64,000 nucleotides of DNA from Polyangiaceae bacterium (GTDB taxonomy: Bacteria > Myxococcota_A > Polyangia > Polyangiales > Polyangiaceae): positions 1-64,000 of the forward strand of contig JBGANF010000036.1 in NCBI GenBank assembly GCA_044222475.1. The letters run 5' to 3'. Shown in pieces: positions 8,535-16,475 of this stretch. Under the pieces are notes generated by a model. It worked only from the letters and a program-made list of their open reading frames with translations. It did no database searches and had not been told where the DNA came from. How positions within the stretch are numbered: position 1 is the first letter of the stretch; each line of letters opens with the position of its first letter. Made by a program: the position numbers and the translations under genes.

Positions 8535-10340
8535 CTACTTGATGGCCAATAGCTCCACGTCGAAGACGAGGGTCGAGTTCGGGGGGACCTTGGCTCCCGC
8601 CCCGGCGGCCCCGTAGGCCAGATCCGGCGGGATCGTGAGCTTCCGCCGGCCTCCGACGCGCATGCCGACCAGGCCTTGGTCCCATCCCTTGATGACGACG
8701 CCCGAGCCGAGCTTGAAGTCGAACGGCGTGCCGCGGTCGCGCGAGCTGTCGAACTTGGTCCCGTTCGTGAGCGTGCCGACGTAGTGGACCGACACCGTGT
8801 CTCCGGGGGACGCCACGCGGCCGGTCCCGATCACGAGGTCCTCCATCTTGAGCGTCGTGGTCGTCGTCGTGCTCGGACCGATGGTCCCGCGCGTGATCTG
8901 CGTGCTGTAGACGTTCGCGGCCGGCGTCCCCGCCGCGATGGCAGCCTTCGCCGCGAGGATCTCCTCGTCGATGCGACGCGTGAACTCGGACTCGGCGACG
9001 GCGCCGACGAGCCGCCGTCCGTTGATGAAGAACGTGGGCGTGGACGTCGCCCCCATCGATCGCGCGAGCGTCTCGTCCCCGAGGATCGCGGAGTTGTGCT
9101 TCTTCGTCAGGATGGCGGTCGACACCTTGCCCTCGTCGAGCCCGAAGCGACGCGCGAGGGCGAGGAGGTCGGCGTTCTCGAGGTGAAGCTGGTTGTCGAG
9201 CAGAGCGTCGTGGACTTGCCAGAAGACGACGTCACCCTTCTGCGCGCGCGCCTCGTTGGCGAGCTCGGCCGACGGCTCGGCTTGGCGGTGAAAGACGAGG
9301 GGGTTGTCCTTCCAGACGATGCGCAGATCCGAGCCGTAGTCCTTGGCGAGCTTCTCGAGCGTCGCCTTCGCCTTGAACGAGTACGGGTCCTGGTAGTCGC
9401 CGAACTCGACGATGGTGACGAGCGCGGTGGGCGATCCTCGCGCCGGGCTCGTCCCGATCGGGACGTTGTAGACGACCTCGGCGAGGGTCGGCGGCGCGAC
9501 GGTGACGGTCGGCGTCGCAGTCGGTGCGGGCTTGGTCCCGAAGTTCGCCTTCGAGAGCTCGACGTAGAGCCGATCGGCCGCGGTGCCGCTCGCGAGGCGC
9601 GCGCGCGCCTTCGGGAGCTCGGTGTCGATGATCTTCTCGAACGCAGAGAGCGGCTGCGCGCCGCTGAGCTCGATGCCGTTGATGAACGACGTCGGTGTCC
9701 CGGTGGCGCCGACGCGCTTGGCGAGCGCGATGTCGTCGTCGATCTTCGACTGCCACGTGTGCTTGGCAAGGCCGGGCTTGATGGCCTTTCCGTCGACGCC
9801 GGCGAGCGTCGCCCAGGTGACGTAGTGCGCCTCGTCGAGCATCGCCGATCCGGCGAACGCGCTGTCGTGGAAGCTCCAGAAGGCGCTGTTGCCCCCGAGG
9901 AGGAAGACCCCCCGCGCCGCTTCGGCGCACGGCTTCGCGTTGGTGTGGAACGCGAGCGGGTTGTTCTTCCACACGACGCGCACGTCTTTTCCGTACTTCG
10001 CGCGCACGTCGTCGAGGGTGGGCTCGAGCTTCTTGCAGAACGGGCACTGGAAGTCGGAGAAGACGACGATGGTGACCAGCGCGGTGCGATCGCCGCGCAT
10101 CGGATCGTCCGACGAGATCGGCACCGGCGAGTCGATGTCGCTCCACGCCGGTCCGGTCGCGACCGGCTTCGGCGAACGGCGGGCGGACAGGTACAGGACG
10201 ACGCCGCCGATCCCGAACACCATGATGAGCAGCGCCCCGACCACCGCGATGACGAGCCCCCACGGCGTGGACGACTTCGGCGGGGGCCGCTGCGCGGGAG
10301 GCGGTCCGTACCCGGCGTATGGGGGAAACTGGGGCTGCAT
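8535..10340 (-). CDS. membrane-anchored tandem DsbA/thioredoxin-domain protein fused to an FKBP-type PPIase
   Basis: FSDFQCPFC and GTPTSFING; second domain has FGDYQDPYS and [10 protein letters not shown]-terminal [36 protein letters not shown]. Confidence 0.9.
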   Translation of the reverse strand: MQPQFPPYAGYGPPPAQRPPPKSSTPWGLVIAVVGALLIMVFGIGGVVLYLSARRSPKPVATGPAWSDIDSPVPISSDDPMRGDRTALVTIVVFSDFQCPFCKKLEPTLDDVRAKYGKDVRVVWKNNPLAFHTNAKPCAEAARGVFLLGGNSAFWSFHDSAFAGSAMLDEAHYVTWATLAGVDGKAIKPGLAKHTWQSKIDDDIALAKRVGATGTPTSFINGIELSGAQPLSAFEKIIDTELPKARARLASGTAADRLYVELSKANFGTKPAPTATPTVTVAPPTLAEVVYNVPIGTSPARGSPTALVTIVEFGDYQDPYSFKAKATLEKLAKDYGSDLRIVWKDNPLVFHRQAEPSAELANEARAQKGDVVFWQVHDALLDNQLHLENADLLALARRFGLDEGKVSTAILTKKHNSAILGDETLARSMGATSTPTFFINGRRLVGAVAESEFTRRIDEEILAAKAAIAAGTPAANVYSTQITRGTIGPSTTTTTTLKMEDLVIGTGRVASPGDTVSVHYVGTLTNGTKFDSSRDRGTPFDFKLGSGVVIKGWDQGLVGMRVGGRRKLTIPPDLAYGAAGAGAKVPPNSTLVFDVELLAIK

Positions 10341-11095
10341 CAGGACGTACTACGATACTCGGTCCGGAACGATCCCCCAGCCCGTTCCATGAGTGCGATC
10401 GCGATATCCAGCCTCTCGCCGAGCGCTTCGGGTGGCGCGGCGTGGGCCCGGGCCCGGAGCAGGGAGCGACCCAAGAACCCCCGCGAGCGGGCGAGCGCAG
10501 CGAACGGACCGGCGACGGCGCGGCGGGGCTCGTAGCCTTCGAGGAACCACGCGAAGCGCTGCTCGAAGTCGCCGTCGAGTCGGGCGAGGTCGAGCGCGAG
10601 CCCGAGCACGTCGTCGGCGGCGCGGCGCTCGATGGCATGAGCGGGGTCGTGCGCGGCGTCGAAGTCGATGAGGGCAGCGCGTTCGCCGTCCCACACGAAA
10701 TTGCCGAGGTTCACGTCACCGTGGGAGAGACCGCGCGCGTGAATCGCGGCGAGCGCGCGCCCGGCGCCGCCGAGCGCTCGCGGCGACGCTTCATCGGTCG
10801 TCACTGCGTGCAGGTCGCGACCGGGGAGACGCGGCATCACGAGCGTGCGCCCGTCGCGATGGACCGCGCGGCGATGGATCGCCTCGAACATGCGCGCCTC
10901 GTGATCGATCCACGCGCCCACCGTGGGGAACATCCGGAAGAGCGCACCGGCGAGGCGAAAGTAGACGTTGCCGCACGCGATGACGACGCCGGCTCCGAGC
11001 CGCCGCGTCTTGCGCACCTCGCGATCGCCGATCGCGACGCGGTTCACGCGCAGGCCGACCATCGCGCGGACGAAGACGTCCTCAGTCGCGCGCAA
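10340..11095 (-). CDS. kinase-like phosphotransferase (Kdo/RIO/APH-like)
   Basis: [20 protein letters not shown] catalytic and metal-binding motifs. Confidence 0.7.
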   Translation of the reverse strand: MRATEDVFVRAMVGLRVNRVAIGDREVRKTRRLGAGVVIACGNVYFRLAGALFRMFPTVGAWIDHEARMFEAIHRRAVHRDGRTLVMPRLPGRDLHAVTTDEASPRALGGAGRALAAIHARGLSHGDVNLGNFVWDGERAALIDFDAAHDPAHAIERRAADDVLGLALDLARLDGDFEQRFAWFLEGYEPRRAVAGPFAALARSRGFLGRSLLRARAHAAPPEALGERLDIAIALMERAGGSFRTEYRSTS

Positions 11096-11411
11096 GGTAC
11101 ACCCCGATCGCGACGAGGCACGCGCCAGCGAGGCCCGAGGCCGTCGGCGTCTTGCGCGTCATCGCCCAGGCCGCGGCGATTACCAGCGCGTAGCGCAGCG
11201 ACGAGATCGTGCTCGCGCGGAACAAGGACTCCTTCGCGAGCACGAGCATCCACAGGAGCGACGACGCGCCCCACGCGACCACGGCGCTCAGGCCCCACGC
11301 CGAGAGCGCCGCGGCGACCGTGCCCGAGCTTCGATCGACCGCGAGCTTCATCGCGACGTGGCCGTAGACCGTCGTAGCGAAGAACAGGACCCAGACGACG
11401 AGGTCACGCAC
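11082..11411 (-). CDS. small 4-TM SMR/EamA-like membrane protein
   Basis: 109 aa with four hydrophobic helices and an ArnE/F-like pattern ([24 protein letters not shown]). Confidence 0.65.
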   Translation of the reverse strand: MRDLVVWVLFFATTVYGHVAMKLAVDRSSGTVAAALSAWGLSAVVAWGASSLLWMLVLAKESLFRASTISSLRYALVIAAAWAMTRKTPTASGLAGACLVAIGVYLARD

Positions 11412-11913
11412 GATTCGACTCGATCGCTTCGAACCACGCGATCACCGCGAGGCACCCCTCGCACCACGCGCGCACGAAGCCGCGACCGAAGCCAGCGAAG
11501 AGCATCCACGCGGCGATCGGAAGCACGCGGACGACGCAGGAAACCGTGCCCCCGGCAGCGACGACGAGCGAGCGCGAGCGTTCCACCGGGCGCAACGCGC
11601 CGCGCACGACGAGAGGCACCATGAAGACCCCCTGCACTTCGACGGCATAGAACGCGAGGACGAAGGCGACGATCCCGAGGACGAAGTGCGCTCTGCAAGC
11701 GAGCGAGCCGGCCGCGATCGCGGTGATCAGCGACGCGAGGTACTTGTAGCGGAGCAGACGCGCGGCCCGGCGCGCGGCGCGATCGTCGATCGTCGTCCCC
11801 ATCGCACGCGCCATCCAGCGCGCCGCGCCGGTGAAGCCGCGGCGCTCGCGCGGCGTCGGCTCGAGCTCGTCGCGATAGCGCGCGATGCCCATTTCCAAGA
11901 AGCGATGCTTCAC
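11404..11913 (-). CDS. membrane hypothetical protein
   Basis: GTG start overlaps the upstream stop (ATGTGA); hydrophobic segments; the 431-aa ORF in the track is over-extended at its 5' end. Confidence 0.6.
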   Translation of the reverse strand: MKHRFLEMGIARYRDELEPTPRERRGFTGAARWMARAMGTTIDDRAARRAARLLRYKYLASLITAIAAGSLACRAHFVLGIVAFVLAFYAVEVQGVFMVPLVVRGALRPVERSRSLVVAAGGTVSCVVRVLPIAAWMLFAGFGRGFVRAWCEGCLAVIAWFEAIESNRA

Positions 11914-12482
11914 ATCGGCCTCACGAAGCAGAGGTGCATCCAAGCGAGGAGCGCACCAGCTTGCCCGAACACCAAGACCCGGTGGAGCACCGTCTCGTAC
12001 GTCCCGCACCGGTGCGAGTGGAACCGGATCTCGTCGTACGCGACCAAGACCGCGACGAACACCGTCTGCGCGACGACGGGCAGCAACAGAAACGCTCCGT
12101 GCGTGAACGTCGCCATCGCCATGAGCACGAACAGCGGGATGCCTCCCAGCACGAGCGCCGCGAGCTCGACCGCGCGCTCCTTCGGGCCGACCTTCGCGCC
12201 GAGCTTCAGGTGCAGCCGATGATCGAGCAGCCCGGCGAACGTGGCGACGCCGCCGAACGCGCCGATGGCCCAGATCTCCCACCGGAGCGTCGCGAAGCTG
12301 CGAAGCCACGCGAACCGATCGTCCTGGGCGAGGAGGACCATCCCCAACGCGAACAGGGCGCCTGGGGCAAAGAGCGCCGCGAGGCTCGCGTTCTTCCGAA
12401 CGAAGCTGCGTTCCCTTCGCCGCGGAGCGAATGTTCCGTGATTCCGCATATTTGTGACCATCGCCATCGTCGCTTGCGCCAT
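11910..12482 (-). CDS. membrane hypothetical protein
   Basis: 4-5 TM helices with His/Asp/Glu motifs (LDHRLH, YDEIRFH, ETVLH); start uncertain. Confidence 0.65.
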   Translation of the reverse strand: MAQATMAMVTNMRNHGTFAPRRRERSFVRKNASLAALFAPGALFALGMVLLAQDDRFAWLRSFATLRWEIWAIGAFGGVATFAGLLDHRLHLKLGAKVGPKERAVELAALVLGGIPLFVLMAMATFTHGAFLLLPVVAQTVFVAVLVAYDEIRFHSHRCGTYETVLHRVLVFGQAGALLAWMHLCFVRPM

Positions 12483-12595
12483 CGCGTTGCTCCTTCACCC
12501 CGTCGTACGCCACCTCGGGAAATTCGGCGGACCGCTCGATGACGGGTTTCGACCGCTCGGAGGGAGGAGCTCGTTCGGACGACGCGTAGGAAGGG

Positions 12596-13531
12596 GTGAT
12601 GCTGCGTCCGTGGGTCCTCCTCAGCGCGCTCGTGCTCGTCTCGGGATGCGACGCGCTTCGCGAACCGGAGACGCCGGAGGCGACCACCGCGGAGAACACG
12701 CAGGCGACGACTCCGCAGACGCACCACGATCAGGACGCTCGATGCTTCCCGCGCACGATGGGGCTCCTCGACCAATCCGCGCGCGCGCTGGGCGATCACG
12801 ACGCGGTGCGCGGGCAAGCGCTCGCGTTCGACGCTCAAGAGTCCCTCGCGGTGGAGCTGCGCGCGTCGAGCTGCCTCGGCGAGGTCGGCGAGCGCGTGCG
12901 TGCGCGTCAGATCGCGCTGCGGCAATCGGCGCTGCGCAACGCGGGCGCCGACGACGTCGAGGTCCTACTCGATCTGGGCCGCGAGCACTTCGACACGAGC
13001 GACTGCAAGGAGGAGCTCGTGCCGCTCTGCGACGAAGAGCTCGCGTGGTACACGGCGCGCTTCCCGAGCTTCGTGGATGGGACGACCGTCGCGATCGAAT
13101 CCTTCGATCGGTTCCCGACGACGCCGCAGCCGGGCGGTCGGCTGACGGTCGAGTACATGCGGACGGTGGACAACCGGCTCCCGGGTCTCCGCGGCGACTG
13201 GTTCGCGATCACGATCCACCCGTCGGCGCGGATCGACGGAGCGGCCTCGGTCGAGCTCCGCGTGGACGGCGCCGACGTCTACGAAGAGAGCGACGACTGC
13301 TTCCGCGGTTCGGCCGACGCCGAGCACGGAGCGAGCTCCGGCGCGGCAACGATCAGCGTGTGTCCGAAAGAGAAGAAGACGGGCGCCCACGTGTCGTTGC
13401 AAGTGCCGAAGGCCGATCTGCTGCGCGCGAACGACGGCGGGCCGATGGTCGTGATCGTGCAACGAAGCGGGTTTTCCCACAGTGGGACGACCTGGCGGGG
13501 CAACGCCCGCGTCGCGTATTCCACTCACTGA
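12596..13531 (+). CDS. hypothetical lipoprotein
   Basis: Lipobox LVSGC; coding-like codon usage. Confidence 0.7.
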   Translation: MMLRPWVLLSALVLVSGCDALREPETPEATTAENTQATTPQTHHDQDARCFPRTMGLLDQSARALGDHDAVRGQALAFDAQESLAVELRASSCLGEVGERVRARQIALRQSALRNAGADDVEVLLDLGREHFDTSDCKEELVPLCDEELAWYTARFPSFVDGTTVAIESFDRFPTTPQPGGRLTVEYMRTVDNRLPGLRGDWFAITIHPSARIDGAASVELRVDGADVYEESDDCFRGSADAEHGASSGAATISVCPKEKKTGAHVSLQVPKADLLRANDGGPMVVIVQRSGFSHSGTTWRGNARVAYSTH

Positions 13532-13533
13532 GA

Positions 13534-13660
13534 AGAGAACCGCAAGGACGACTGACGCCCGAGGACGCGAGGTGCCTAACCCATCTGGAGGGCTGGCACT
13601 CGGTGCACACCCTCTCCGTCTCCTTGCGTCCTTGCGTCTCCTCGTCCTTGCGGTCCTCTC
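13534..13660. repeat. REP/MITE-like imperfect inverted-repeat element
   Basis: Left arm gagaaccgcaaggacg...; right arm ...cgtccttgcggtcctctc; internal 9-nt cgcaaggac-type units. Confidence 0.6.
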
Positions 13661-13690
13661 CTGAGCGAGAGCCTCGGCTATAAGGGGTGC

Positions 13691-15496
13691 GTGAAGGTCA
13701 CCGCACGCGCACTCTTGGGTGGGGCTCTCGTAGTCGCCGCCGCGTGCGCCGGCACACCACCGAAAGCTCCGATTGCACCGACCGCACCTGGCGTCGTGAA
13801 GAGCAACGTGCTCCGCGGCGACTACGCGGGATCCGCCGCGTGCAAGTCGTGCCACGAAGCGATCTACGCCAAGTGGCAGACCTCCCCCATGCGCAACATG
13901 ACGCGCTCGGCGCCCGGCGCGGCGGTCACTGCGCCGTTCACCGGCACCGCTCTGCGCTTCAAGAACGACCGCATCGATCTCGCGCAGGACGGCGACGCTC
14001 GGTTCGTCGTCGTCAGCTCCAAGACGTTCGGCGATCACGTCTACCGCGTCACCCGCGTCCTCGGCGGCCACTACCGCGAGGACTACGCCGGCCAGGAGGT
14101 CGCCGCCGCCAAGGCCGACGCCCGAGTCATCGGCTCCGCCGACGACGAGCTCATCCTCCCCGTGTCGTACCTTTTTGGTACGCAGACGTACCGCTACAAG
14201 GGCTACTCGGTCATGGCCCACGATCGCCCGGGCCTCCGCGCCGGGCCGACGTGGAACCAGACCTGCATCTTCTGCCACAACACCGCGCCATACGTGTCGT
14301 CCCTCTTCCCGATGCTCGATGGGAAGAAGCACTCGGCCTATCAAGGCGAAACGGTCGACCCGCTGCTGCCGGTCGATCGGCGATGGCACGTCGAGGTCCG
14401 CGACCAAGGCGCCCTCGACGACGCCCTCGACGAAGAGACGACGCGGCTCATCGGCGCGCGCCCCGGCTCGAAGGACCGCGTCGAGACCGCGATCGCCGCG
14501 ACCCGCGACGGCTTCCACGTGGACGACCTCGTCGAGGTCGGCATCGGCTGCGAGTCCTGCCACGGCGGATCGAAGGAGCACGTCGCCGACGCGCGCGTGC
14601 GCCCGTCGCTCGCCCCACACTCCACGAGCTTCACCCTCGCCGGCCCGGGCTTCGCCACCAAGTCCACCCAGATCAACCGCACCTGCGCCCGGTGTCACCA
14701 GGTGCTCTTCAGCCGCTACCCGTTCACCTGGGAGGGCGGCTCGCGCAACTCGGCCGCGCCCGGCGGCAGCCACATCAACTCGGGCGAAGCGCGCGACTTC
14801 CTCCTCGGCAAATGCGCCTCGCAGGCGTACTGCACCCAGTGCCACGACCCTCACGATCGGACCAACAAGGTCCGCGCCGCCGAGCTCGAGACCCGCGCGG
14901 GCGACGCCGTCTGCCTCGGGTGCCACGCGAAGTACGGGACCGACGCCGCGCTCCAAGCGCACGCGCACCACGTCCCGACCGGAGCCGGCGCGCGCTGCAT
15001 CGCGTGCCACATGCCGAAGAAGAACATGGCGCTCGATCTCGGTCTCACCCGCTACCACCGCATCGGCTCACCGACCGACGACGACCGGATCCGCGATCGG
15101 CCCCTCGAGTGCGCGCTCTGTCACACGGACAAGTCCGCGACGTGGGTCGCCGACGCGATGAAGCGCTTCTGGGGCAAGACCATCGACCGCACGGTGCTCG
15201 ACGCGCTCTACGGAAACGCGGACGACCCCGTGCTCGACGCCACGCTCGTGCGAGGAAGACCGCACGAGCAGGCCGTCGCGATCTTCCTCCTCGGCGAAGC
15301 AAAAAACCGCCCGAGCGCGAATGCCATCGCGAGCTCTCTCGCGAACGACTATCCGCTCGTGCGGTTCTATGCGGCTTCTGCGCTGGAGAAGATCTTCGGC
15401 GCCAAGCCCGAGGTCGACGTCTACGCCGAACCCGGCGAGATCGAGAGTCAGGCGGCGAAGTGGCTCGCCGCCCGCCCTGCGTCATCCGCTCACTGA
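13691..15496 (+). CDS. octaheme c-type cytochrome lipoprotein with C-terminal HEAT-like helices
   Basis: Eight CxxCH motifs (CKSCH, CIFCH, CESCH, CARCH, CTQCH, CLGCH, CIACH, CALCH); lipobox AAAC. Confidence 0.85.
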   Translation: MKVTARALLGGALVVAAACAGTPPKAPIAPTAPGVVKSNVLRGDYAGSAACKSCHEAIYAKWQTSPMRNMTRSAPGAAVTAPFTGTALRFKNDRIDLAQDGDARFVVVSSKTFGDHVYRVTRVLGGHYREDYAGQEVAAAKADARVIGSADDELILPVSYLFGTQTYRYKGYSVMAHDRPGLRAGPTWNQTCIFCHNTAPYVSSLFPMLDGKKHSAYQGETVDPLLPVDRRWHVEVRDQGALDDALDEETTRLIGARPGSKDRVETAIAATRDGFHVDDLVEVGIGCESCHGGSKEHVADARVRPSLAPHSTSFTLAGPGFATKSTQINRTCARCHQVLFSRYPFTWEGGSRNSAAPGGSHINSGEARDFLLGKCASQAYCTQCHDPHDRTNKVRAAELETRAGDAVCLGCHAKYGTDAALQAHAHHVPTGAGARCIACHMPKKNMALDLGLTRYHRIGSPTDDDRIRDRPLECALCHTDKSATWVADAMKRFWGKTIDRTVLDALYGNADDPVLDATLVRGRPHEQAVAIFLLGEAKNRPSANAIASSLANDYPLVRFYAASALEKIFGAKPEVDVYAEPGEIESQAAKWLAARPASSAH

Positions 15497-16290
15497 GCGA
15501 TTTCGGAGACGCCGTCCTTGAGGATGTTCACGATGGCGTCGACGCCGCGCGAGGCGTTCGACTTCGAGCTGTAGCTCTCGCCGCGGGCGATGATCTTGCC
15601 GTTCGACGCGACGAGGCGGATGGCGTACTCACCGGCGACCGTCTCGACGATCTGGAAGCGCGCGGTGTTCGTGCCGTTCGTCTTGACCGAGTCGATGCCG
15701 TTCAGCGCCGACGACTTGAGGAGGTAGCCCTCGGACCCGAGGACGATCTCGCCGTTGTTCGCGCGGAGGCGGAAGTAGTTCTGGCGATCCTCGCCGGTGA
15801 AGAGCTCGAAGCGCTCACGCTTGATCGCGGGGGTCGTCTTCGGGGTCGCGCCGGTGACCAGGAGGAGCTTGCGAACGGTCGTCGCCGCGCGCTTCGCGTT
15901 CGTCTTCGTGCTGTAGGTCTCGCTCGTGGCGACGATCTCGTTGTTGCCGGCGACGATGTTGAAGTAGTACTCGCCGTTCTTCGCGAGCTTGATGTCGTAG
16001 TTGGTCGCGTCCGTTCCGTTCGCGAGCACCGCCGCGACGCCCTTCGCCGCGCCCTGCGCCGTCTGGTAGCCCTCGCTGCGCAGGACGTTCTGGCCGTTGC
16101 CGGCGACGAAGTCGAAGTAGTACTGGCCGTCCATGCCGGTGAACGTCTCGAAGCGAGCCGTCTTGGAGACGATCTCGGCCTCGCCGTCCTCCAGCTGAGC
16201 GTCGTCCACGTTGGCGCTGCAACCGACGGCGAACGTCGAGGCGGCGAGGGCGAGGGCAAGCAGACCGGTGCGGACGAGGTTGAGCGACAT
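15490..16290 (-). CDS. lipoprotein with four tandem YegP/DUF1508 repeats
   Basis: Four repeats of the YF.L.A.NGE....SE.Y....A..G...V type; lipobox AVGC; RBS gaaggag. Confidence 0.85.
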   Translation of the reverse strand: MSLNLVRTGLLALALAASTFAVGCSANVDDAQLEDGEAEIVSKTARFETFTGMDGQYYFDFVAGNGQNVLRSEGYQTAQGAAKGVAAVLANGTDATNYDIKLAKNGEYYFNIVAGNNEIVATSETYSTKTNAKRAATTVRKLLLVTGATPKTTPAIKRERFELFTGEDRQNYFRLRANNGEIVLGSEGYLLKSSALNGIDSVKTNGTNTARFQIVETVAGEYAIRLVASNGKIIARGESYSSKSNASRGVDAIVNILKDGVSEIAQ

Positions 16291-16382
16291 GGCGGAGCTC
16301 CTTCGAGTTTTTGATGGTCGCAGTTGTGGGCAGGCCCGCCGCGGCCTGATGGCTACGGTGCGTTTCTCCCCGGGACACCCAC

Positions 16383-16459
16383 TTTGTATCGTGGCTCCGA
16401 TGTAGGTGCAAGTAGTTTATTTGCCCCCATGTCGCTTTTTGTCGTATGGGCGCTTTTTG
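16383..16459 (-). promoter_or_regulatory. candidate sigma70 promoter with upstream direct repeats
   Basis: Minus strand TTGCAC-17nt-TACAAA (16411-16383); CAAAAAGCG direct repeat at 16433-16441 and 16451-16459. Confidence 0.45.
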
Positions 16460-16475
16460 CCGCGATTTTGGGGGA

